Shown here in pieces: positions 58,501-64,000 of a stretch of 64,000 bases of DNA (position 1 is its first letter; each line of letters begins with the position of its first letter). The notes under the pieces are model-generated. The model ran no database searches, was not told the DNA's origin, and saw only the letters and a program-made list of their open reading frames with translations. The stretch is from Candidatus Gottesmanbacteria bacterium UBA6580 (lineage in GTDB: Bacteria; Patescibacteriota; Microgenomatia; UBA10105; UBA927), in contig DJJA01000004.1 of assembly GCA_002433895.1 (NCBI GenBank), positions 24,132 through 88,131 on the forward strand. The letters run 5' to 3'. The translations under genes and the position numbers were made by a program.

Positions 58501-61147
58501 AGATGGCGGCTCGTATCTCTATGTAAATACGACGTATGCGACCGACTTTAACTTTGACGATTTAGTATTGGGATTAGATGGTGATGCCGGAGCGACGATT
58601 ACCACCAATGATACCAACGAAACATTGGGAATTGATACCAACGGCACCGGAGCGATAAGCATCGGAACGGGAGCAAACTCAAAAACGATCACCCTCGGCA
58701 ATACCTCGTCTACGACCAGTCTCGTGCTTACCAAAGGCGCGTCGGGGAATATTACATTTACCGGATTTGACTGTTCTTCATACACAAACGGCGGTGTCCT
58801 CACAACAGATGCATCCGGTAATATTACCTGTGCCAATGATGATGGCGGCAGTGGCTCACAGTCACCATGGACTTCCGACATTGATGCCGATGGATTTGAC
58901 CTTAGTGATCTATCTAATATCCTATTCCGCGAAACCACGGGGGCTCCGACGGGTACCGATGTAGGCTTGCATCGGGATAACTCAGGGGATCTTAATCTCA
59001 ATGTGCTTACCGGTAAAACATTTAATGTACAGGTAAACGGCACGGATGAATACAATTTTTCATCAAGCGGACTTACTATCGGAACAAATTCGCTTATTAC
59101 CGGTGCTACCACTATCGAATCGACAGAACTTGACCGGCTTGACGGCAAAGACGCCGCACTCGTTGATCAGAACGATCTGACCAGTGGTGACGGCAGCGGG
59201 GGAACCAGTAGTGGATCAGGATTGGAAGCGGGTACCGGTGGGATTGGCCTTTTGCAGGGATGTAGCGATGACCAGGTGCTAAAATGGAATGAAAGTTCTG
59301 CGGTATGGGAATGCGGAAGCGACCGCGCGACGGTAAATATCCGGAAAGCCGCAGATGAAACGATCACTTCAAGCGCCGCGTTGCAGGACGACAACGAGCT
59401 GTTGTTTGCGGTCGCCGCCGACGAAACGTGGGCAGTGGAAACATCATATACATATTCGACAGGTGGTTCATCCACTCCTGATATCCGTGTTGGCCTCAAC
59501 GCGCCGAGCGGAGCCACTTGTACGTATGGAACAGTGAATATTTCCCATGCAGGAAATTTAGCAGCTGGATCTGTCGCGTGTGACACGGCGATTGTGGTAG
59601 CGACGACGGCAACCGGCAACAAAAACGGTATTTTAAGCGGTACGGTAGCTAACGGCGCAAACGCTGGGAATATTACTTTCCGTTGGGGGCAGGGAACATC
59701 GAACACAACCGGCACCACGGTTGAGTTGGGGAGTTACATGTTAGGATTTAAGATTTCGGGTGCCGATTTGGCGGAGGTATATTATGCAACAAACAGTGGA
59801 ATTCCGAAGGGGACAGTTGTCTCGCTCGATCCTGCGCGAAACGCCGGGATAATTCCATCCCAACGGGCGTATGACCCGAACGTTCTTGGTATTGTGTCTA
59901 CCCAGCCCGGACTGGTGTTGGGTGAGTCAGGTGGGGGCGGAGGGATTCCGGTTTGGGTAGCGCTTACCGGGCGGATACCGGTACGGGTATCAGCTGAAAA
60001 CGGTCTTATCCGTGCCGGCGATTATCTCACGGCTTCCAGTCAGCCCGGAGTTGCCATGCGGGCAACCAAGGCTGGCGCTATCGTCGGGCAAGCGTTGACC
60101 AGTCAGGCATCAAGTGATCAACAGGAGGTTATCGCGTTTGCGAAAAATGGCTACTTTAACGGGGTTATGCCGGAAATCCCCGCTCCGTTTATAACGGGTG
60201 ACGAAGTAATCGATGAAAATGCAGCAGATCCGGCACAAGCGATGCTATCGTATTTCCTGCGGCAGCGGGGAAACGGGTCGTTGCAAGGGGCTCCGATGGA
60301 TGTAAGCAGCATCGTTGCTGACCGGGTAGTAGCAGGTTTGGAGGTTATCACGCCAAGATTGGTAGCTGATGAAATTGTGGCAAACAAAATAACTGCGGAC
60401 AGCATTTCTGCAAACCGTATCGAGGGATTGGAAATATTTACGGATAAATTATCGTCATTATCTTCGCAATACGATGCGTTGTTGACGATTGCCATGAGCG
60501 GTCAGGCAAGCGTTGCCGGGGTAGCGGTGGACACAACAATAGCAGGAACGCCGTCCGCTGTTGTTACACCAGCGGTTTTTGAGACGTTAATACAGTTTAT
60601 GCAGGGGATACGGGTCCGCGGCGGCGCATTGTTTGAAGATGCGGTATCTATATTGGGTAACCTTATTGTTCACGGTCAACTGGTCGTAAGTTCTGATACT
60701 GCGGGTATCGCCGTCATACCGAAATCGACAACAAGTGTTCGTGTATCATTCAAGAAGAAGTTTGACTACCCGCCGGTGGTGACGATCACCCCGGTATACG
60801 CGGATGATACGGATCGCGCGTTTATCGGTGATGCGGTGCGTGCTGTGGTAGCAGGGGTAACAGCAGAAGGTTTCACTATTGTGTTGGATGCCGCGGTGCC
60901 AAGGGATCTTGAATACAGCTGGATAGCGTTGGGGGTACAGGAAATCCGTAGAACCTTCGGAAAGCCGATAAGCGGTGATCCGGTGCCGACAAACACGCCG
61001 CAGCCAGCAGCGCCGGGAGAGCCATCGCCCACGGCAACACCCACACCGGGCGCATTGCAAGAGCAGCCGGGTCGCGATAGCAATCCCGAGCCTGAGTTAA
61101 AAGATGAGGTATTGTCCGAAACGTCGGGAAGTGCGGTAATCCAGTAA
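52544..61147 (+). CDS. Giant (2867 aa) membrane-anchored collagen-like triple-helix-repeat surface fibre protein
   Basis: N-terminal TM anchor [22 protein letters not shown] 280-aa N-domain. About 1600 aa of uninterrupted Gly-X-Y triplets ([15 protein letters not shown]…) encoded by 45-nt tandem units. A roughly 900-aa beta-rich C-terminal domain rich in G/T/S/N, tail-fibre-like. Single uninterrupted frame. Confidence 0.85.
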   Translation: MSRNVYYKIDRSKSAAGGFLADKESPQSRVSGGFHSLTLLFPLVFVFIVGSVFVGAAQIIRHDDAEKSQADRTTDVPVISRLTEKVLAESSWKDPYIVLVQRADASIAYAYIEQATVKNGAFVGDVTIRYANNEHGIVRDENGTFNFFLTKLGSQEPVQILVPVTMGIKLSDGAILPAQLSDATIINEQLVGQFVATTILDRVQIAGNISAQKQFLSLAIEPTLKSVDAGLVMVQREVLKLALAGVGETGGVLGVTTDSMNKGDTGVRLLASNLGSNLTIQSFSGEGVIRIVSTINNIDQNITNIQNLNPSFDSTPDNQSSQLASQQFLSQGFYPSSLIRGTGIEGSTGATGATGARGDSGAAGSQGADGKDGATGATGVGELGPIGPTGATGSGGGGGGGGADGPTGTTGATGTQGASGPTGATGSTGATGQYGPTGATGSTGGIGPTGATGATGIQGSSGPTGATGGSGSAGVSGPTGSTGATGTQGASGPTGSTGATGLQGSSGPTGATGATGVGGPTGATGATGIQGASGPTGSTGATGANGVSGPTGATGATGTNGVQGSSGPTGATGATGNQGTQGASGPTGATGATGYQGDSGPTGATGSTGAIGSSGPTGSTGATGTQGASGPTGSTGSTGAAGSQGSSGPTGSTGATGSAGASGPTGSTGATGTQGASGPAGSTGATGNVGSSGPTGSTGATGLSGSSGPTGSTGATGNNGSDGPTGATGPTGSQGGAAGATGPTGATGSTGIQGSSGPTGSTGATGTVGSSGPTGSTGATGSQGASGPTGSTGSTGGIGASGPTGSTGATGEVGTSGPTGSTGSTGTAGASGPTGSTGATGEVGTSGPTGSTGSTGTAGASGPTGSTGATGNVGSFGPTGSTGATGANGASGPTGATGSTGTQGSQGVSGPTGSTGATGAVGSSGPTGSTGSTGSVGSSGPTGSTGATGSAGASGPTGSTGATGAAGASGPTGSTGGTGSAGASGPTGSTGSTGSVGAAGPTGSTGSTGAQGEQGASGPTGSTGATGAVGSSGPTGATGSTGSVGSSGPTGSTGATGAAGASGPTGSTGATGTAGVSGPTGSTGATGANGSSGPTGATGSTGSAGENGPTGSTGATGANGSSGPTGSTGSTGTNGASGPTGATGATGSAGTQGASGPTGSTGSTGTQGSSGPTGATGATGTQGSSGPTGSTGATGGIGASGPTGATGSTGSVGSSGPTGSTGATGGVGASGPTGATGSTGAQGNAGVDGPTGSTGATGTQGSSGPTGSTGATGSIGVSGPTGSTGATGTAGASGPTGSTGATGSTGENGPTGTTGATGANGPTGSTGATGSAGASGPTGSTGATGGVGASGPTGSTGATGGVGASGPTGSTGATGANGPTGSTGATGNVGSSGPTGSTGATGSQGASGPTGSTGGIGSSGPTGSTGATGSAGEQGASGPTGSTGTTGANGPTGSTGATGTQGASGPTGSTGSTGTQGSSGPTGATGATGTQGSSGPTGSTGATGTQGSSGPTGSTGATGNVGSFGPTGSTGATGGVGASGPTGATGSTGSAGENGPTGTTGATGANGPTGSTGATGTQGASGPTGSTGATGVAGASGPTGSTGATGSQGASGPTGATGSTGSVGSSGPTGSTGATGGVGASGPTGATGATGSAGASGPTGATGATGSQGNAGLDGADGPTGSTGATGGIGASGPTGATGSTGTAGEQGASGPTGSTGATGSIGSSGPTGSTGATGGVGASGPTGSTGATGSAGEQGASGPTGSTGATGSQGASGPTGATGATGGIGASGPTGATGATGSAGASGPTGSTGATGGIGASGPTGSTGATGVAGASGPTGATGATGNQGSAGASGPTGSTGATGANGASGPTGSTGSTGANGASGPTGNTGATGAAGAGGPTGSTGATGTQGSAGSSGPTGSTGATGTQGSSGPTGSTGATGVAGVTGPTGSTGATGAAGANGPTGATGTTGVQGPTGPAGPGGETFILDGGSYLYVNTTYATDFNFDDLVLGLDGDAGATITTNDTNETLGIDTNGTGAISIGTGANSKTITLGNTSSTTSLVLTKGASGNITFTGFDCSSYTNGGVLTTDASGNITCANDDGGSGSQSPWTSDIDADGFDLSDLSNILFRETTGAPTGTDVGLHRDNSGDLNLNVLTGKTFNVQVNGTDEYNFSSSGLTIGTNSLITGATTIESTELDRLDGKDAALVDQNDLTSGDGSGGTSSGSGLEAGTGGIGLLQGCSDDQVLKWNESSAVWECGSDRATVNIRKAADETITSSAALQDDNELLFAVAADETWAVETSYTYSTGGSSTPDIRVGLNAPSGATCTYGTVNISHAGNLAAGSVACDTAIVVATTATGNKNGILSGTVANGANAGNITFRWGQGTSNTTGTTVELGSYMLGFKISGADLAEVYYATNSGIPKGTVVSLDPARNAGIIPSQRAYDPNVLGIVSTQPGLVLGESGGGGGIPVWVALTGRIPVRVSAENGLIRAGDYLTASSQPGVAMRATKAGAIVGQALTSQASSDQQEVIAFAKNGYFNGVMPEIPAPFITGDEVIDENAADPAQAMLSYFLRQRGNGSLQGAPMDVSSIVADRVVAGLEVITPRLVADEIVANKITADSISANRIEGLEIFTDKLSSLSSQYDALLTIAMSGQASVAGVAVDTTIAGTPSAVVTPAVFETLIQFMQGIRVRGGALFEDAVSILGNLIVHGQLVVSSDTAGIAVIPKSTTSVRVSFKKKFDYPPVVTITPVYADDTDRAFIGDAVRAVVAGVTAEGFTIVLDAAVPRDLEYSWIALGVQEIRRTFGKPISGDPVPTNTPQPAAPGEPSPTATPTPGALQEQPGRDSNPEPELKDEVLSETSGSAVIQ
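53570..58480 (+). repeat. About 4.9 kb of in-frame 9/45-nt tandem repeats (GGN-NNN-NNN collagen triplets) inside the giant gene
   Basis: The unit ggtcctaccggaagtaccggagcaactgg and its variants recur about 100 times. This creates long spurious ORFs in all other frames and on the opposite strand. Confidence 0.85.
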
Positions 61148-61163
61148 TAGCAGGATGTGCCGA

Positions 61164-62102
61164 TTAATTAGCACGCGAAACAAAACCGTATATCATTTTG
61201 GAAAGCAATTGCATGTGCTTTGTTGCGGTTGCCTGATCCGATTTCACCATAACGCAAATAATATATGGGCGGTTCGGTACATACACGATGCCGCAGTCGC
61301 TGAAAATCCCCAGTGGGTCGAAGACCCCGATTTTATGCGCAACCGTAATATCGTCGGGGACACCGGCGTCAATCATATCGGCAAATGGGGTTTTGGTAAG
61401 ATACTCCAGTATTGCATACGAATCTTTTCGGTCAAGGTATGAAGAAAGGTAAAGGCTCCGGAGAATCGATGAGTAATTTTTGGGTGAGATGATGGGGTAA
61501 CCGTTCCCGCTATCCACGGTTATATCGAGGTTGTTAAATACATCCTCAATTGCCCCCAGCGGCAATTGGCTGGTAATTGCGCGAAGCGCGGTGTTATCCG
61601 ATTCGACCAAGCTTAAGCGGATTGCTTCTTCAAGGGTTATTGTGGTACCCGCTCCTTTTTTCCACAGTGAGCCAAATCCTTTATGGATATTTTCTTCCTG
61701 GATAACGATGCTGTTATGGAGGGATAAGTTACCCTGCTCGATTTGTTTATAGGCTGCCATAACGACGGGGATTTTTATCAGGCTTGCAAACCGTACCTCG
61801 AGCCGGTCATTTATCCCGATAGATGTACCGGTGGGGAGATACTCAAAATACACGCCGATTTCATCCTTTTGTTTCGCTACATAGTCGTTCATGGCGTTGC
61901 GTAGCGGGACAAAATGGATAAGAAAATCGTTTTGGCTTTCCATAAATATCCTTTTGGAGAGCAGGGGATACTTATTGGCAAGCTCAATGCCCTTGGGGGG
62001 CTGGTTTATTTTGGTGATAAGGAAAAAAAGCGCAAGGTTTATGATAATGCTTATACCTAATATGATAGGAAGATAAATCCGCGGAGAAGTAATCCGATGC
62101 AT
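61164..62102 (-). CDS. Class-A beta-lactamase-like / penicillin-binding-protein-like serine hydrolase with N-terminal membrane anchor
   Basis: N-terminal TM helix RIYLPIILGISIIINLALFFLI. ASLIK (SxxK), ESDNTA (SDN), HKIG (KTG-like) at canonical spacing. Confidence 0.6.
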   Translation of the reverse strand: MHRITSPRIYLPIILGISIIINLALFFLITKINQPPKGIELANKYPLLSKRIFMESQNDFLIHFVPLRNAMNDYVAKQKDEIGVYFEYLPTGTSIGINDRLEVRFASLIKIPVVMAAYKQIEQGNLSLHNSIVIQEENIHKGFGSLWKKGAGTTITLEEAIRLSLVESDNTALRAITSQLPLGAIEDVFNNLDITVDSGNGYPIISPKNYSSILRSLYLSSYLDRKDSYAILEYLTKTPFADMIDAGVPDDITVAHKIGVFDPLGIFSDCGIVYVPNRPYIICVMVKSDQATATKHMQLLSKMIYGFVSRAN

Positions 62103-62339
62103 ATCACGATGTAGTATATCCGAAATAGGCAGAGAAACAAGTGAAGAAAAGAAAAAAATTCTGTCGATGGCACGTGCCCATCAAGGGTAACATATGTATC
62201 CAATTATATTGCTATGTAGCATATTAATAAGGTTATTTTATTTGCAATCTGTGAGAAACCGGTGAGGGTCATGTATTGTTATTGCTGACTATTGATTTAT
62301 GCGGCAAATGCGACATACTAGGGAGGTCATCATCGGTAT

Positions 62340-64000
62340 ATGAAGCGGTATCATACTATTATCTGGTTATTGTTGTGTGTTGGTTTCAGTTTTGTGTTGT
62401 ACGGTAGCACGCTTACCGGACAATTTGTTTTTGATGATGAGTATTTCACTCAGCGCCCTGAGCTCCGGTCAGCAGCCTATATTCCCAAAATTTGGTTTGA
62501 GCCGCTAGCTAATGTGGACAATCCGGTACTCGCCGACACCTACCGACCCCTCGTCACGCTGAGCATGATGGGTAATTTTCTTATTTTTGGAGAGAGTCCG
62601 GTATCGTTTCATGCCGTCAATATCGTGTTACACGGATTGGTCACGTGGCTGTTTATCCTGTTGGTGCGCAGATTGACCCGGTCAGTTTTTATCGCGCTCA
62701 TGGCAGGGTCCCTCTTTCTGAGTATGCCGATCCATACCGAAGCAGTGGCATTTATTAAAGCGCGTGAAGAGCTTTTGGGTAGTATATTTTTTCTCGCATC
62801 GTGGCACTTTTTTCTTAACGCAGTAGAGCAAAGGGCAACGCGGCACCGTTTCCTTTTTCTTTCGGCAGCAAGTTATTTTCTCTCGTGTCTATCCAAGGAA
62901 TTTTTACTTATTGGACCGGCGGTAATTATCGGACTTGCGATTATCCAAAATTCGCTTCCTATTGCACAAGCGATCCGTATGACGTTGCCCTATGCAGTCG
63001 TTGCCGCCGGGTATTGCGCAATGTGGTGGGTCGGGTTGGGAGGGAAGTTCCCTTTGGAGAATCTGCATTCCTATGCCGTCAATCCGATTGCATACGCAGA
63101 TATTCCAGTCAGAATCATGACAGCGGTTGCGATCGGCGGGTTATATATCGGTAAAACGATTATCCCGATGGGTCTTTCTGCCACATACCGGTACAATCAT
63201 TTCCCGTTAGTTGAATCGCTCATTGATGGACGGTTTTGGTTTGGCGTGGCGGCACTTTCGGTGTTGCTTTGGGGTATTGTGTGGAAAAAAGCACGGCACA
63301 CAGGGTTGTTTACCGGTGCATGGTGGTTTTTGCTGGCGTATTTCCCGTTTTCCAAATTTATATTTACAGGAGGAGAATATATCGCTGAGCGGTGGGTATA
63401 TATGCCTTCAATGGGGATAACGGTGTTCATGGCGGTGCTACTAGATCGGGTCGTCGCTTCTCGGCGGATTGCCGCCGCAGTAGTGGTTGTCATCATCGTG
63501 GTATACGGTTTTTTGACGGTGCAACGGAATGCAGTGTGGCAAACGCCCGAATCGTTATATAACAGCATGATCCGGTCCGCGCCGAATAGTGTATTCGGAT
63601 ATGTGTGGCTTGCGAGGTTATATCTCTCACAGGGTAAGGTCAATCAGGCAGAGCCGTACGTGGTGAAAGCAGTATCAATTTACCCCGCGCACCATCAGGT
63701 GCAGGCGGTGTATGCTGCTGTGTTACTCCGGAAAAAGCAGTATGATCTGGCGGAAAAAGCAATCCTAAAGGCAATTAATCTGAAGCCGGAATCATCATCG
63801 TATTATTTTTATGCCGTTATTCTGACCCGGTCAGGAAGATATGCGGAAAGTCAGCAGATTATCAACGAATACCTTGAAAAACGCAGACAGCGGGCAGACG
63901 TAAAGTTTTTATCCGCAGTTAATTATTGGCGGTTAGGAGACCACGACAAAGCGCGCGAGTTTTTCGATTGGTCCTCAACACTTTCTGAGGAAGAAAAACG
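62340..64000 (+). CDS. Partial gene running off the right window edge: GT-C-like polytopic membrane protein (TMTC/DUF1736-type, FVFDD motif) with C-terminal TPR repeats
   Basis: Not in the ORF track because there is no stop in the window. ATG at 62340 with GGGAGG 14 nt upstream. The frame stays open for 553 codons to the window end. MKRYHTIIWLLLCVGFSFVLYGSTLTGQFVFDDEYF… (the conserved DD after TM1 is typical of the TMTC/PMT-like family), then at least 9 TM helices, then TPR-like helices (…YNSMIRSAPNSVFGYVWLARLYLSQGKVNQAEPYVVKAVSIYPAHHQVQAVYAA…). Confidence 0.7.
   Translation, partial: MKRYHTIIWLLLCVGFSFVLYGSTLTGQFVFDDEYFTQRPELRSAAYIPKIWFEPLANVDNPVLADTYRPLVTLSMMGNFLIFGESPVSFHAVNIVLHGLVTWLFILLVRRLTRSVFIALMAGSLFLSMPIHTEAVAFIKAREELLGSIFFLASWHFFLNAVEQRATRHRFLFLSAASYFLSCLSKEFLLIGPAVIIGLAIIQNSLPIAQAIRMTLPYAVVAAGYCAMWWVGLGGKFPLENLHSYAVNPIAYADIPVRIMTAVAIGGLYIGKTIIPMGLSATYRYNHFPLVESLIDGRFWFGVAALSVLLWGIVWKKARHTGLFTGAWWFLLAYFPFSKFIFTGGEYIAERWVYMPSMGITVFMAVLLDRVVASRRIAAAVVVVIIVVYGFLTVQRNAVWQTPESLYNSMIRSAPNSVFGYVWLARLYLSQGKVNQAEPYVVKAVSIYPAHHQVQAVYAAVLLRKKQYDLAEKAILKAINLKPESSSYYFYAVILTRSGRYAESQQIINEYLEKRRQRADVKFLSAVNYWRLGDHDKAREFFDWSSTLSEEEK

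Overview
The window is a 64-kb stretch from an uncultivated-type bacterium (about 50% GC; gene content and giant ORFan proteins resemble Patescibacteria/CPR-like or other environmental lineages, but no taxon is asserted). It mixes housekeeping genes with several cell-surface and glycan-biosynthesis loci.

Housekeeping genes: mreB, ndk, maf, an M16 peptidase, a TerC-family membrane protein, a GNAT acetyltransferase, tRNA-Pro(CGG) and tRNA-Arg(CCT).

Surface and glycan loci:
- A minus-strand operon encoding a GT4 glycosyltransferase plus two large polytopic membrane proteins (4364-9913).
- A sortase with an adjacent LPVAG-type substrate (14562-16158).
- A 1967-aa acidic giant ORFan protein (18139-24042).
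- A plus-strand cluster of a TagA/WecG-type transferase, four GT4 enzymes (three of them tandem paralogues) and a GlgA-like GT5 synthase (41439-49140).

Most striking locus: a 2867-aa membrane-anchored protein (52544-61147) with about 1600 residues of collagen-like Gly-X-Y triplets, written as 45-nt tandem repeats, and a beta-rich C-terminal domain. A gene fusing an excisionase-type helix-turn-helix (HTH) to a membrane Cache sensor is translationally coupled upstream of it. A 1.4-kb ORF-free GT-skewed region lies before that. A class-A beta-lactamase-like gene and a TPR-bearing GT-C-like membrane protein lie downstream; the latter is not in the ORF track because it runs off the window.

Other observations:
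- Tandem adenylate-kinase-like paralogues with a degenerate P-loop.
- A tRNA locus with a duplicated tRNA-Pro 3' end, a degenerate tRNA-Arg copy carrying a hairpin insertion in the anticodon loop, and a small family of AAACC-TAC-GGTTT hairpin repeats.
- Several intrinsic terminators, and one near-consensus sigma70 promoter driving an apparently leaderless small ORF.

All functional calls rest on motifs read by eye. No database search was possible.
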